Made by a program: the position numbers and the translations under genes
Assembly: GCA_041494705.1 (NCBI GenBank)
Contig: JBGQBI010000006.1
Span: forward strand, 120,001 to 152,000
Direction of reading: 5' to 3'
DNA length: 32,000 bases
Source of the DNA: Candidatus Methanoperedens sp.
GTDB taxonomy: Archaea > Halobacteriota > Methanosarcinia > Methanosarcinales > Methanoperedenaceae
The notes under the pieces: model-generated
Database searches by the model: none
What the model was told of the DNA's origin: nothing
What the model saw: the letters and a program-made list of their open reading frames with translations, nothing else
Part shown: one piece after another, positions 1-10,196 of the stretch
How positions within the stretch are numbered: position 1 is the first letter of the stretch
Layout of the letters: every line of letters starts with the position of its first letter

Positions 1-42
1 TTTGCGTCCTTTGCGCCACAACCCCTATCAGCTTTCCGCCCT

Positions 43-786
43 TCAAATCCTTCTCTGCACCCTCTTCCACGACTCCGTAATAAGAAAACTCTCCTCCATG
101 TTCTCAACCATTCTCTCAAACTTATTCATGGGCACTGCAAATGTAAGTTCATCCTTTGCTACAAAAGGACGTGCAGAGACATCAAACATCCCGATAACTC
201 CCTTCGGGCGGGAAGACTTCAGTTCAAGATAAGGATACTGGACAATCGTGCTGCAGCCAGCGCCAAAAGGTGACATAACCCCATCAGGCTCGGACTCATC
301 AAAATTCGAAAGTGTGAAAAGACCGGAGAGGACATCCGGCTTTGCAAAAAAGATTACAACTTGAGGCTCATCAGATTCCTCAAGCATATCCCATCTTTTG
401 AACACAATGAATTTAGCCGGGGCTTTAAATGCAGGCTGTTGTTTCATAACTTCCTTAACAAGTTCAGGGGATTTTTTATAACGCTCGCCTTCAAGCTTTC
501 CCGGAATCCCGCATGACAGGAAATATTCAAAGTTTGGCATTATTTTTTCAGAAAAACCAAGAAATCTTTTTCCGCCAAAGCAGCCGATTGATTCTGCATT
601 GAAAGAAAACGAGTGTCCTTTCCTGACTTTTGATAAAGCGCCGATAACGCATCTGGGTGTTGATTCGGGCTTTGCAAGTTCGGCATGACTTTCCTCATCT
701 GTGTAATAAAAAGTGATGGGCAATTCAGCGTTGTTAAAATATTTTTTCCAGAGTTCATTAAATTTCTCTTTGAATTTCATTTCCAT
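43..786 (-). CDS. DUF169-family protein (function unknown)
   Basis: The track ORF is 43..813 with a TTG start. An ATG at 786 sits 8 nt downstream of AGGAGG, so it is preferred. The sequence pattern (PITFYYTDE..., GAGCSTI core) is recalled as DUF169 and was not searched. Confidence 0.55.
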   Translation of the reverse strand: MEMKFKEKFNELWKKYFNNAELPITFYYTDEESHAELAKPESTPRCVIGALSKVRKGHSFSFNAESIGCFGGKRFLGFSEKIMPNFEYFLSCGIPGKLEGERYKKSPELVKEVMKQQPAFKAPAKFIVFKRWDMLEESDEPQVVIFFAKPDVLSGLFTLSNFDESEPDGVMSPFGAGCSTIVQYPYLELKSSRPKGVIGMFDVSARPFVAKDELTFAVPMNKFERMVENMEESFLITESWKRVQRRI

Positions 787-825
787 AAAATAATCCTCCT
801 CTATTCCTTCCAAATTTTTCCATCT

Positions 826-1242
826 TCATACATATAGCCTTGTGTATATATGCAGCCCCAATACCAATGCCAGCACCCATAAACCCAGCGCCGTTCTCAT
901 GAACATGCGAAAATTACCAGGCATTCTGATTATGTTGCCAAATGCCAGGTTGATGTATATCCAGAGCACAACTACCAGCAGCCCGAGGGTATGGTGTATG
1001 AACAGCTCAGCTTTAAATATTCCAAATGGTTCAATTATGATATATCCAAGCAATGATGGAAGCATAACTGCAATTATAGCCAATACCTGTAGTGGCACTG
1101 CCATCCTTACCATAGCACAGTGCTTAAGAGGGTTTCCTTTTTTTACAAAATATACCGCCTGAAATACAAACGCAATAAGAAATATCTGGATTCCAAGGTT
1201 TGCCATTGCAAGAGTCTTTACATCAAAAACCATACTTTTCAT
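826..1242 (-). CDS. small integral membrane protein, about 4 TM helices, unknown function
   Basis: A 138-aa ORF that is almost entirely hydrophobic helices with an HH pair in one helix. It is co-directional with the DUF169 gene and lies directly upstream of it. Confidence 0.5.
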   Translation of the reverse strand: MKSMVFDVKTLAMANLGIQIFLIAFVFQAVYFVKKGNPLKHCAMVRMAVPLQVLAIIAVMLPSLLGYIIIEPFGIFKAELFIHHTLGLLVVVLWIYINLAFGNIIRMPGNFRMFMRTALGLWVLALVLGLHIYTRLYV

Positions 1243-1364
1243 CCTCTATGGAATATTGTCAATTATAATCTTTATACTAATTGTTCCTTTCCATCCACAT
1301 AGTAAAATAAAAAGATTAACAGAATAATTAATATATCTTCGGCTCGTTTCCCAGCCCGGTTAAA

Positions 1365-2963
1365 ATGCCTGTTATTACAATATATTACGATGACCTTGAA
1401 GAACTCTCAGGGATAGATAAGGAGACGGTAATCCGGCGCATCCCGATGATGGGGTGCGACATCGAACGTATCGGGGATGACCACATTGATATCGAATTCT
1501 TCCCAAACAGGCCAGACCTTTACAGCACAGAAGGCGTTGCAAGAGCGCTCAAGGGATTTCTTGGCATTGAAACAGGAATCCGGGAATTCAAGGTCGCGCC
1601 TCCCGTAATCAAAATAACAAAAGATAAGGAAATTGAAAAAATCCGTCCATACCTAGCCTGCGCGGTAATCCGGGGAATGCAGTTCAATTCACGAAGCATC
1701 GAATCCCTGATGGCACTCCAGGAATCGCTTCACTGGGCTGTGGGGAGGAACCGCAGAAAAGTATCCATAGGCGTGCACGACCTTGCACGAATAAAACCGC
1801 CTTTTCGGTATATTGCGCAGCATCCTGATTTTAAGTTCACGCCGCTTGATTTTACAGAGCCGATGACGATGAGGGAAATCCTCGAAAAACATCCAAAAGG
1901 CGTCAAGTTCGCGAATATCCTTGAAAAATTCGATAAATACCCCCTTATTCTTGATGCAGAAGAGAATGTACTCTCGTTCCCACCGATAATCAACGGCGAA
2001 CTAACGCGGGTGACTGAAGAGACCACCGATCTCTTCATTGAGGTAACAGGTCTTGACAAATCCGTGTCAGTTGCTTTGAACATCGTAGCGGCATCGCTTG
2101 CAGAGCGCGGAGGAAGAATCGAATCCGTTACCATCGACGGAGAGTCGAAGACGCCGAAGCTTGAACCCGCTATCATGAACCTTGAAAATAGCGAGGTAAA
2201 AGAACTTCTTGGATTCGATATCACAGATGAAGAGATAATATCATGCCTCCAGAAAATGAGGTACGGAGCAAGAACGTCAGGCAACACGATTGAAGTATCA
2301 GTGCCGGCTTACCGCTCCGACATACTGCACAACTGGGACCTTATCGAGGATATCGGGATAGGCTACGGTTTTGATAAAATCAAACCTGAACTGCCTTCAA
2401 CTTCCACAACAGGTAAATCCCACCCCATTTCAAAGCTTCGGGATTCAATCCATGAAATCATGATAGGGCTTGGTTATTTTGAGGTAATGCCTTTCACCCT
2501 CACAAGCGAGAAGGTTCAATTTGGCATGATGCGCCGCGAAAAAGAAGAGGGTATCACCCATATCCTGTATCCGATAAGCGAAGACCACACTATCGTACGT
2601 ACCACAATCCTTCCCAACCTGCTTGAAATCCTGTCAATTAATAAGCACCGTGAACTCCCGCAGCGGATATTCGAAGCCGGAGAGGTTGTACTGGACTGCA
2701 GGACGCAGCAGCAATTGGGCGCCGCTGCCATCCATCCGCAGGCTAATTTTACTGAAATCCAGGCTGTTGTAGATGCAGTTTTGAGGGAGAGGCGCATAGA
2801 ATATGAGGTTGCAGAGTCAAACGACCCGGCATTCATCGAAGGCAGGCGCGCCGATATAATAATAAAAGGCGAGAAGTCCGGGGTATTTGGAGAAATCCAC
2901 CCCGGGGTTATCTCGAATTTCGGGCTTGAGCACCCCATCATAGGGTTTGAATTAAGATTATAA
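1365..2963 (+). CDS. pheT: phenylalanine--tRNA ligase beta subunit, archaeal type
   Basis: A 532-aa ORF. The N-terminus ([14 protein letters not shown]...[17 protein letters not shown]) and overall length are typical of the archaeal/eukaryotic-type PheRS beta chain. An AT-rich TATA-like stretch lies about 29 nt upstream of the ATG. Confidence 0.9.
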   Translation: MPVITIYYDDLEELSGIDKETVIRRIPMMGCDIERIGDDHIDIEFFPNRPDLYSTEGVARALKGFLGIETGIREFKVAPPVIKITKDKEIEKIRPYLACAVIRGMQFNSRSIESLMALQESLHWAVGRNRRKVSIGVHDLARIKPPFRYIAQHPDFKFTPLDFTEPMTMREILEKHPKGVKFANILEKFDKYPLILDAEENVLSFPPIINGELTRVTEETTDLFIEVTGLDKSVSVALNIVAASLAERGGRIESVTIDGESKTPKLEPAIMNLENSEVKELLGFDITDEEIISCLQKMRYGARTSGNTIEVSVPAYRSDILHNWDLIEDIGIGYGFDKIKPELPSTSTTGKSHPISKLRDSIHEIMIGLGYFEVMPFTLTSEKVQFGMMRREKEEGITHILYPISEDHTIVRTTILPNLLEILSINKHRELPQRIFEAGEVVLDCRTQQQLGAAAIHPQANFTEIQAVVDAVLRERRIEYEVAESNDPAFIEGRRADIIIKGEKSGVFGEIHPGVISNFGLEHPIIGFELRL

Positions 2964-2972
2964 TCTAACAGA

Positions 2973-4220
2973 TTACAATCCTTTTTTCTTCTTCAAATAA
3001 TATCCTGCCACTACTGCTCCAACAACCACAAAAATACCCATCACTGCCAGAGGTGAAGTCGAATTTGTTCCCGGATTCACGGTTATCGGGACTGTCCGCC
3101 TGAAAATCACCACGTTATTCTTTTCATCTATGCCCCTCAGTTCAACATCCAGCAGGTACTTCTTGGCAGCGGCATTTTTATCGACTGTCACTTTCAATAC
3201 GGCATCCCCGTTTTCACCCGGTTCAAGCTTTCCCACGAAATCTGATTTTTCATCGAATTCAAAAGGCTGGGATGCGTCTTTGAATACGCGTAATGAAACG
3301 GATTCAGCCTTTTCAGTGCCGTTGTTGCCGACATTAATCCTGAACTCGGCTTTGTCTCCAGGTATTAGTTTTGCAGGAATGGTTGTTACTGATTCCACTA
3401 TGAGATAAGGCGCCGGCTTTATCGGGATACTGAGAGTGAGGTTTTTCATCCTGTACGTATTTGCCTCGTCGTTTACATCCCTGTACGTAATCTCAAGTTT
3501 TGCGCTGTAATCTCCTTCTTTTAAGTTCTCATCAGTGTCAACATAAAAATCCGCTTTTTTACTGCCGCCCGTTTCAATTATACCAAGACTGTCCTCATCA
3601 GAATAACTGTAAGTCGGCTTGAATCCTGCGGGCATTATGAGTTTTACCTTAACGTTCTCAGCATTGCCTTTTCCGATATTGTCGATATTCACCGACAGCG
3701 TTGCTTCTTTTGTATCGGCTATCAATTTATCGGGAGATGTGACAAGTGCCCCGACTACGAAATCAGCCCGCTTCGGGTCGATGTAAACAGGGAAATCCTT
3801 CTTTGTCCACCCCTCTCCCGTGTCCCAGTTCAGGGTTACGTTGTAAGTCCCTTTGATAGCGTTATCGGCTACCCTGAGTTTGTAGTGCAGCACATAGAAA
3901 ACCTGGTTATCGTTAGTGCCTGCGGATGCGCCTAAATCCTTATCCGGGGAATCCCCGGCTTCGAATAAAAATGGGTATCCCACATCAAGATGGAATTTTA
4001 AATTATCTATTGTGCTCGACTGGGTGTTTACAACCTGCCATCTCAGGTCCACATCTTTCCCGGCATCAGCAGGGTCGGGGTCCTGGCTCATGAAATTCGC
4101 GTTGACCCTGTTTCCCTGAACTCCAGTGAACGGGGCACCCAGAACGACAGCGGCAGCCATTGATAAAAGTACTATCAATACGCCCAGTATTGAAATTTGT
4201 GTTAATAATCTGTTCTTCAT
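2973..4220 (-). CDS. secreted, C-terminally anchored cell-surface protein with CARDB/COG1361 S-layer-domain-like repeats
   Basis: A 415-aa ORF with an N-terminal hydrophobic signal-like segment. It has repeated beta-rich modules with the pattern V.N.G...AENV.V/SV.L.V. The C-terminus is a TM helix followed by a KKKKGL tail. Its start overlaps the stop of the upstream exporter gene by 4 nt. Confidence 0.6.
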   Translation of the reverse strand: MKNRLLTQISILGVLIVLLSMAAAVVLGAPFTGVQGNRVNANFMSQDPDPADAGKDVDLRWQVVNTQSSTIDNLKFHLDVGYPFLFEAGDSPDKDLGASAGTNDNQVFYVLHYKLRVADNAIKGTYNVTLNWDTGEGWTKKDFPVYIDPKRADFVVGALVTSPDKLIADTKEATLSVNIDNIGKGNAENVKVKLIMPAGFKPTYSYSDEDSLGIIETGGSKKADFYVDTDENLKEGDYSAKLEITYRDVNDEANTYRMKNLTLSIPIKPAPYLIVESVTTIPAKLIPGDKAEFRINVGNNGTEKAESVSLRVFKDASQPFEFDEKSDFVGKLEPGENGDAVLKVTVDKNAAAKKYLLDVELRGIDEKNNVVIFRRTVPITVNPGTNSTSPLAVMGIFVVVGAVVAGYYLKKKKGL

Positions 4221-5374
4221 GTTCTTACCTCAAATCTGTTCATTATTTTTGTATATGTATCTTTTATATTCATAGTATCAATTATAATTACAAGTGCAGG
4301 GACAATGGTTATAGCCGCTACCATGCTTGCAGCGACCCCATAGCTCATTATTGTCCCCATATCGCCGAGGAAGGTCAATTTCCCAAGGGACATTGCCTGG
4401 AATCCTATCAGGGCAGCCAGCGTTGTTGTGGACATGGGGATTATAACGTTGTTCAGAGTCATTGCCATGGCATCCCTGGGAACAAGTTTGTTTTCCAGTT
4501 CAAACCTGTACCTTGTGACAACCTGGATCCCGAAGTCTATGCCTATTCCCATTATCATGGATAAAACGCCGGACGTCTGTGAACTCAATCCCATTCCGAT
4601 GAGCCCGACATATCCCATCGCCCAGAGCGTCCCGAAAATTATGGTTGTCATGGGCGTTAATCCGTATTTGATGGAACGGAAAAGAACCAGTATTATTATC
4701 AGGATCCCGATAAGGGAATACAGTGACGTCTTTGCCATATCCGGTCCGATACTTTTTTCCATGACCGTACTTTCCATGGCGTTGCCGCCAAGAGCTACCG
4801 TAATTCCAGGCGGCTTTGGGACTTCCATGATTATCTTGTTAAGCTCGACTTCAAGCGCTTTCAGGTCAGCGTCATCGGTTGTCTGGATTTTAACCAGGGC
4901 AAGAGTGTAGTCTTTGCTGACATAACTCCCAAGAAGCCCGTTTTTGTCAGTAAGTGCGGAAATCTCTCTTACGGACTGGGGCAGCCGCCCATTATTAATA
5001 GTTTTCAAAACCGAAGCCGCACTTGAGACATCAATAACTTTATCGGTATGCTGCGCCAGCTCCGAAAGCTGGTCCATATACCGTATGATTTTTGGGTCGC
5101 GAATGTCCCGCGTCTCGTCAGAACCATTATATTGAGGATCTAATTCGACTGCAAAGAATACTGCATTGGTGCTTCCGAACTCGTTTTCAATGCTATTCAG
5201 CGTGCCTATGGATTCAACGTCATTGGGAAGCATTGATTTCATATCTGATTTTTTTGTTTCGATAGTGCCTGCCATCTGGATGGCAAAAAATGAAACGACA
5301 AGCATGATTATAAGCACTGTAACCGGGTGGTTGGTGACAAATGATGAATATTTTTCAAGACTTTCTTTAATCAT
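4217..5374 (-). CDS. MMPL/RND-superfamily exporter, half-size subunit (1 TM + large loop + 5 TM)
   Basis: A 385-aa ORF whose topology and sequence resemble one half of a COG1033-type RND exporter. It sits between a second half-size gene and the surface-protein gene, with a 3-nt gap on one side and a 4-nt overlap on the other. Confidence 0.7.
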   Translation of the reverse strand: MIKESLEKYSSFVTNHPVTVLIIMLVVSFFAIQMAGTIETKKSDMKSMLPNDVESIGTLNSIENEFGSTNAVFFAVELDPQYNGSDETRDIRDPKIIRYMDQLSELAQHTDKVIDVSSAASVLKTINNGRLPQSVREISALTDKNGLLGSYVSKDYTLALVKIQTTDDADLKALEVELNKIIMEVPKPPGITVALGGNAMESTVMEKSIGPDMAKTSLYSLIGILIIILVLFRSIKYGLTPMTTIIFGTLWAMGYVGLIGMGLSSQTSGVLSMIMGIGIDFGIQVVTRYRFELENKLVPRDAMAMTLNNVIIPMSTTTLAALIGFQAMSLGKLTFLGDMGTIMSYGVAASMVAAITIVPALVIIIDTMNIKDTYTKIMNRFEVRT

Positions 5375-5377
5375 TCT

Positions 5378-6559
5378 TTACCTCCCTCTCCGGACATGCT
5401 CTTCTTTTTTGGCTGCAAGTTTCTGGAGTTTTCTATGAGTATTCCAGTACTCAAAATCCTCTTCAAGCAGTATGAACACGGGATTGACAATGAGCGCGGC
5501 GAGAAGGCAATAAGCTATACCCAGCGCCAGTGTCTGGCCAAGGTGCTGTATAAGCGGGACGGATGCGAATGACAGCACACCGAAACCCACAATCGTTGTC
5601 AGCCCTGACCCGATAACGGCTGTACCTATTGAATATACCGTGGTTTTCATCGAATCAAGCTGGTTATAATTTTTAGCCCTTTCTTCATTGTACCTGCTCA
5701 ACACGAATACGCCGTATTCCACACCCAGACCCAGAAGCATTGAGCTAAGAGCCACCGTGGCAACCGATAAAGGAATACCCAGCCACCCAAGGGTACCCAT
5801 CGTCCAGATTAATCCTATAGACAGCGGGGCGAATATCAAAAATGCCTGTGTATATGAGCGCTGCATGACGAAAAGAAGGAGCAAAATGATGATTGCGGCA
5901 ACCGCAAGAGTATAAACGGCATCCCTTTTGAGTAAATCAAAAATAGTCATCCTGAGAATCGGCTGCCCTGTTATGCCGAACTTTACCCCCGGAGGCTTCG
6001 GGGTGTAATCGATACGCTTCTGTGCAAGTATATTGAAATTCTGTATCTGGTCCTCTCCCGAGCCTATATCCGCTGCAACATACATGAGTACCATTTTATA
6101 ATTTCGGCTGAAGAATGCATCCGCTGCAGAGGTGTTTCGCAGGGTTTGCATTATCTCCTCATCCGAATATGCATTCTTGCCCCTGAAAAAACTTGCAGGA
6201 GATGTTACGCTCGTAACAGTCGTTTCGCCCCTAAGTTCCCTATCAAGGAAAATCAGTGATTGTATCACCCTCGGGTCCCGGATATCCCTTACAGCTTCTT
6301 TTGAATCCACAGACTCATCAATTTGCACGGCAATGACTACAGTATCCGCGCCCCCGAATTTAGCCGATACCTTGTCATTGAGCGCAAATATGGGAAGTTC
6401 CTTTGGCATCTCTTTCCTGAAATCCGAGTTAATGGTCAGGTCCTTAAGCCCGATACCCAGAATAATAGTAAGAATTATAACTATGACTGCGAGCAGTTTT
6501 GTATGCTTTTTCTGTATTTCAGCAAGGTTCATCAAATACGTTTCAAGAAAGGTTGCCAT
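5378..6559 (-). CDS. MMPL/RND-superfamily exporter, half-size subunit (1 TM + large loop + 5 TM)
   Basis: A 393-aa ORF, paralogous in layout to 4217..5374. Both share the pattern DIRDP..I......L and a C-terminal 5-TM bundle with G.G.(D/E)(F/Y)G motifs. Confidence 0.7.
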   Translation of the reverse strand: MATFLETYLMNLAEIQKKHTKLLAVIVIILTIILGIGLKDLTINSDFRKEMPKELPIFALNDKVSAKFGGADTVVIAVQIDESVDSKEAVRDIRDPRVIQSLIFLDRELRGETTVTSVTSPASFFRGKNAYSDEEIMQTLRNTSAADAFFSRNYKMVLMYVAADIGSGEDQIQNFNILAQKRIDYTPKPPGVKFGITGQPILRMTIFDLLKRDAVYTLAVAAIIILLLLFVMQRSYTQAFLIFAPLSIGLIWTMGTLGWLGIPLSVATVALSSMLLGLGVEYGVFVLSRYNEERAKNYNQLDSMKTTVYSIGTAVIGSGLTTIVGFGVLSFASVPLIQHLGQTLALGIAYCLLAALIVNPVFILLEEDFEYWNTHRKLQKLAAKKEEHVRRGR

Positions 6560-6658
6560 CTGTTCTCCGTTTATTCTCCGCAGTGCTTCCCTGTTTATTC
6601 ATGCAGGTATTAAAATGTTATGTTTCTAAACAACTCTAAAGTGGTTTAATTACAAAAC

Positions 6659-6666
6659 TTTAAATA
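6659..6666 (+). promoter_or_regulatory. archaeal TATA-box-like element (TTTAAATA) preceded by an A-rich BRE-like stretch
   Basis: TTTAAATA ends 23 nt upstream of the GTG start at 6689. This spacing fits a leaderless or very short-leader transcript. Confidence 0.4.
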
Positions 6667-6688
6667 GCAAAATATGAATTAATCCCAT

Positions 6689-7540
6689 GTGCTTGAAAAA
6701 CTAAAGAAACTCGGTCTTACGAGCTATGAGTCATCGGCTTATCTTGCGCTCCTGAAGCTTGGCGATGCCGAAGCGGATGAGATAGCGGATAATGCAAAAA
6801 TACCTATGGGGCGGATTTATAATGTGCTTTCAAGCCTTGAAGAAGACCATTTGATACGTGCGCAGGACACAAGACCGAGAAGGTATGCATGCGTTGAGCC
6901 TGCCGCGGCGCTTGAGCGGCTTTCAAAAACAAGGCATGAAGAACTGACACAGGCATCGGTTGAACTGGAAAACCTGGTTTCTGACCTGAAATCCGAACTT
7001 TCAGGCGTTGAGCCAAGAAAGCCTGATAAGACTTTCTGGACTGTCGCAATAGGCGAAGAATCCCATGAACTTGTCCGTGAGTGCATATCAGGGTCTCAAA
7101 AGGAATTGCTGGTTTTTATGGCTCCCAAGATGAACTCCGAGCGACTGAAAAAAGATTTGATGAAAGAATGTCATGCCGGAATCCTCAAGGCTCTTTATGA
7201 AGCTATCAAAAGGGGCGTGGAAATCAAAATTATCCTTAACAAAGACGTGGATTTCAGTTTACTGGAGGAATATCCGATTGTAAAACAACTGCTTGTGCAT
7301 ATGGGGGATAAATTCAATTGCAGGTTCGCTGCGATACCTGCCACACCGTTTGATATAATCGATAGTGAAAACGTCCTGCTCCAGATGTTGAATCTCATTA
7401 ATCCTGAAGAGCTTTTTGCAGTGGTGAATATCAGGGATACCAAGCTTGCGAAAGAGCTTCGGAAAAAGTTTTTTGCTATATGGGAAAAGGCGGAGCCGTA
7501 TTCTGGAAACAGTTGTAATAAAAGTTGTAATAAAAATTAA
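6689..7540 (+). CDS. TrmB-family transcriptional regulator
   Basis: A 283-aa ORF with a GTG start. The N-terminal winged-HTH (LGLTSYESSAYLALLKLG...IPMGRIYNVLSSLEEDHLI) is typical of TrmB. It is divergent from the exporter/surface-protein operon. Confidence 0.8.
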   Translation: MLEKLKKLGLTSYESSAYLALLKLGDAEADEIADNAKIPMGRIYNVLSSLEEDHLIRAQDTRPRRYACVEPAAALERLSKTRHEELTQASVELENLVSDLKSELSGVEPRKPDKTFWTVAIGEESHELVRECISGSQKELLVFMAPKMNSERLKKDLMKECHAGILKALYEAIKRGVEIKIILNKDVDFSLLEEYPIVKQLLVHMGDKFNCRFAAIPATPFDIIDSENVLLQMLNLINPEELFAVVNIRDTKLAKELRKKFFAIWEKAEPYSGNSCNKSCNKN

Positions 7541-7604
7541 TCCGATTTCCTGCTGCCATGCAGTAATCGGTCAGGACTGAATCGCTGGAAATAGGAAATA
7601 AATT

Positions 7605-8120
7605 TTAACCTATATAACTCGCGCTTCCCCTGTCAAAACCATCCACAAGCTCAAGATTCATATCGTCTGGCTGCCACGTTGCGTTTGGATACACGAGATT
7701 CTTAAAGTATAGGGTGGTATCTTTTGCTATTTTTGTGGCGAGATGCTCTTCGCCAAAGACCTGTCTTGTAATCTCATGAGCCATCTGCCTTACGCCGCTT
7801 TCGCTCAGGTAACCCAGCGTATGCAGGTACTCATGGAGCAGGACATGGAATATATAGGGTTTGTAAAGCTCAGGTCTTGTTTCCTTGATTCTCTCAAGAG
7901 GGATTTTATTCATTACTATGACGTTTGAGCCCACAGGATAGAAACCGCCGAAAAATCCCTGCGGATTGTTCCCGAGGTTGGCAAGTCCAAGCATCAAACC
8001 TGCGCGGCTTTTTCTCTGGCTCTCCCAAACGGCAGCTTTTACAACCTCGAAGATGTCTGCGAGGGTTTTTGCATTTTCCAAACGGGTATGAAAGTTTGTC
8101 CTTATGTTTTCTATTTCCAC
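7605..8120 (-). CDS. conserved hypothetical protein with an HExxH motif (putative zinc metallopeptidase-like)
   Basis: A 171-aa ORF containing HVLLHEYLHTLGY (HExxHxxG). It lacks the HExxHxxGxxHC signature, so it is not archaemetzincin. No signal peptide is evident. Confidence 0.4.
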   Translation of the reverse strand: MEIENIRTNFHTRLENAKTLADIFEVVKAAVWESQRKSRAGLMLGLANLGNNPQGFFGGFYPVGSNVIVMNKIPLERIKETRPELYKPYIFHVLLHEYLHTLGYLSESGVRQMAHEITRQVFGEEHLATKIAKDTTLYFKNLVYPNATWQPDDMNLELVDGFDRGSASYIG

Positions 8121-8306
8121 TGTTACCTCTTTAATTATTCGTTATTCTACGAACATTATATTGATGGGCTATGATTAATAGGTTTTGGTCGTGTGAGGCT
8201 GTTAAAAAGTTTGGTGTCAAGTAATGGAGGATTTCCAATACTTTATGAAAGACAATCAATGGTCTTTATATGAATAAAGAGAAAATAATAGATAAGGTGA
8301 GAAAAC

Positions 8307-8555
8307 ATGAAAGCGGAAAAATTGCTTGAACGCATCACTCTTGATCCCAATGTTATGACCGGAAAACCTGTAATCAGGGGAACAAGACTTACGGTGCAGT
8401 TCATCCTTGGATTATTAGCGCATGGCGCTTCTATGGAGGAAATCCTTGAAGAATATAAAGGATTAACCAGAGAAGATATAAAAGCATGTTTGCTATTTGC
8501 AACAGAATCCCTTGAAGACACCACATTTATGCCTTTGACAGCAGAGGCTTGTTAG
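8307..8555 (+). CDS. DUF433-family protein (antitoxin-like)
   Basis: An 82-aa ORF. The pattern PNVMTGKPVIRGTRLTV...ILEEY..LTREDI is recalled as DUF433. Its stop codon directly abuts the ATG of the next gene. Confidence 0.7.
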   Translation: MKAEKLLERITLDPNVMTGKPVIRGTRLTVQFILGLLAHGASMEEILEEYKGLTREDIKACLLFATESLEDTTFMPLTAEAC

Positions 8556-8909
8556 ATGCGGTTCCTTGTGGATGAATGCACAGGGCCTTCTGTTGCACAA
8601 TGGTTGCGTCGGCAAAATCATGATGTGATTTCTGTATTTGATGAAATCAGGGGAGCAGATGATAGAGAGGTTATCCAGAAAGCCTATGAACAAAATCGCA
8701 TCCTGATCACAAATGACAAAGACTTTGGTGAGCTTGTTTTTCGAGAGAAAAAGCCACATAAAGGTGTGATACTTTTGCGTCTTGAAGATGAGCGAGCTGC
8801 AAACAAAATAGCTGTACTGAAGCGCTTGCTTGAAAAATATGAAAATTCCCTCCCAGGATATTTCATTGTTGTTACAGAAACTACTGTCAGAATAGCGGGA
8901 AAGACGTGA
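8556..8909 (+). CDS. DUF5615-family PIN-like protein (toxin-like)
   Basis: A 117-aa ORF. The pattern MRFLVDEC...ILITNDKDFGELV is typical of the Mut7-C/PIN-like DUF5615 partners of DUF433. Confidence 0.65.
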   Translation: MRFLVDECTGPSVAQWLRRQNHDVISVFDEIRGADDREVIQKAYEQNRILITNDKDFGELVFREKKPHKGVILLRLEDERAANKIAVLKRLLEKYENSLPGYFIVVTETTVRIAGKT

Positions 8910-8955
8910 ATCAAGAACATCAATTATTAAACTTGTTGATGCGCTAAAATCCAGA

Positions 8956-9438
8956 TTATAGTTTGCCTTTTCTCCTCTTTTTCATAGGCGACCCGCATAC
9001 CGGACATTCATCCCCCTCCGGGAACCGCCGCTTGCACCCGATACACTGCTTTTCCCAGAGGAGCACATCTTTTATCTTCCTCTGACCCGCAGGCATCACC
9101 TTGATACCAAGCTGGATGGCGGTATTCTGTACCGCAAAATCATCAGTGACCAGAATAGTCTGTTCGCGTCCTGAATACTCAAGCGCTTTTGCGAGGATAT
9201 CGACGTCCGTTGCTGAAAGCTCTTCGCTGTCCTTCGTGACTCCCGCTTTTGTCCTGACCTCTTTTTTGAAGCTTTCAAGAGGAGGCTCGACTCTTACGTT
9301 CATTAATTCCATGGTTGTGCGGGCGTTCTCATCCCTGAGTTCTTCGACTACGGAGGGCGTAGTTACAATGCTGCCTTCAAGGCGCTTTCGGATGATGAAG
9401 AGGGAGGAGTCGGCAATGTAGGTCATCTTCTTTTCCAA
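8956..9438 (-). CDS. nob1: endoribonuclease Nob1 (PIN domain + C-terminal zinc ribbon), small-subunit rRNA 3-prime end maturation
   Basis: A 160-aa ORF with an N-terminal PIN-like region (YIADSSLFI...VTDDFAVQN) and a C-terminal CIGC...CPVC zinc ribbon with a basic tail. An alternative ATG lies at 9426. Confidence 0.75.
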   Translation of the reverse strand: MEKKMTYIADSSLFIIRKRLEGSIVTTPSVVEELRDENARTTMELMNVRVEPPLESFKKEVRTKAGVTKDSEELSATDVDILAKALEYSGREQTILVTDDFAVQNTAIQLGIKVMPAGQRKIKDVLLWEKQCIGCKRRFPEGDECPVCGSPMKKRRKGKL

Positions 9439-9450
9439 AAAAATAATACT

Positions 9451-10089
9451 TTACCTGGAATCACGTTCGTTCCCATACGCAGTCCCCGGCGCGACTGCTG
9501 CTGCTATTGCCGATGCGATAAGCGCCTTATACAAATCAACAGCTATGAAAGGCAAAACCCCGAGCTCGATTGCCCTCTCTGCATTCACGCCAAGCACAAA
9601 TGCCAGTTGAACAGCCCCGAACAGGTAAACCATCACAATTCCGAGCAGCATTATACTGAACATCCCTGCAAAACTGCGTGATTTGACATACATGTCTGTG
9701 AACCAGCCTATAATAAGTGATGCGACAATAAACCCGATGATGTAACCACCGTCCACGCCTGTGAGAACTTCCATTCCGGCTGTTCCGCCTGCAAACCATG
9801 GCACGCCTATTACACCGAGAACTGTGTAGAATACCTGGCTCATTCCGCCGTACCATTTTCCGAGAATCACACCTGAAAGAAGAACCGCGAAAACCTGTCC
9901 TGTTACCGGCACCGGCGTGTAGGGTAGGTAAAACCGAAGCTGGGCAACCAGTCCGGTCAAACACGCAAAGCCAAGCGCCATGATGACCTTATTCACAAAA
10001 GTGGATTCAAATCGCCATTTAAATAAATTATATCTGGCAGATTCATATTTTTCAAATACGTTTTTTATCCCGTTTCCAAATTCTGACAT
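9451..10089 (-). CDS. bioY: biotin transporter BioY (ECF S-component family)
   Basis: The track ORF is 9451..10131 with a TTG start. The ATG at 10089 follows GGTGA. This is a multi-TM protein with a BioY-like pattern (VPVTGQVFAVLLSG..LG...G). Confidence 0.75.
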   Translation of the reverse strand: MSEFGNGIKNVFEKYESARYNLFKWRFESTFVNKVIMALGFACLTGLVAQLRFYLPYTPVPVTGQVFAVLLSGVILGKWYGGMSQVFYTVLGVIGVPWFAGGTAGMEVLTGVDGGYIIGFIVASLIIGWFTDMYVKSRSFAGMFSIMLLGIVMVYLFGAVQLAFVLGVNAERAIELGVLPFIAVDLYKALIASAIAAAVAPGTAYGNERDSR

Positions 10090-10196
10090 AAATTCACCGA
10101 TTGTAAACTTTTTATTTCTTAAAGTAGACAATCTTTATAAATCAATCGATTTGATTCATGAGACTTTTTGATTTTTTCTGGGTAAATGAATCCAGA

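Noticed and set aside
2-232. A 76-aa plus-strand ORF at the window start.
   Set aside because: It is antisense to the DUF169 gene and has no start context. The first 17 nt belong to a family B repeat.
9536-9964. A 142-aa Arg-rich ORF inside bioY.
   Set aside because: It is an alternative-frame artefact of a GC-richer membrane-protein gene, while the BioY frame has clear family features.
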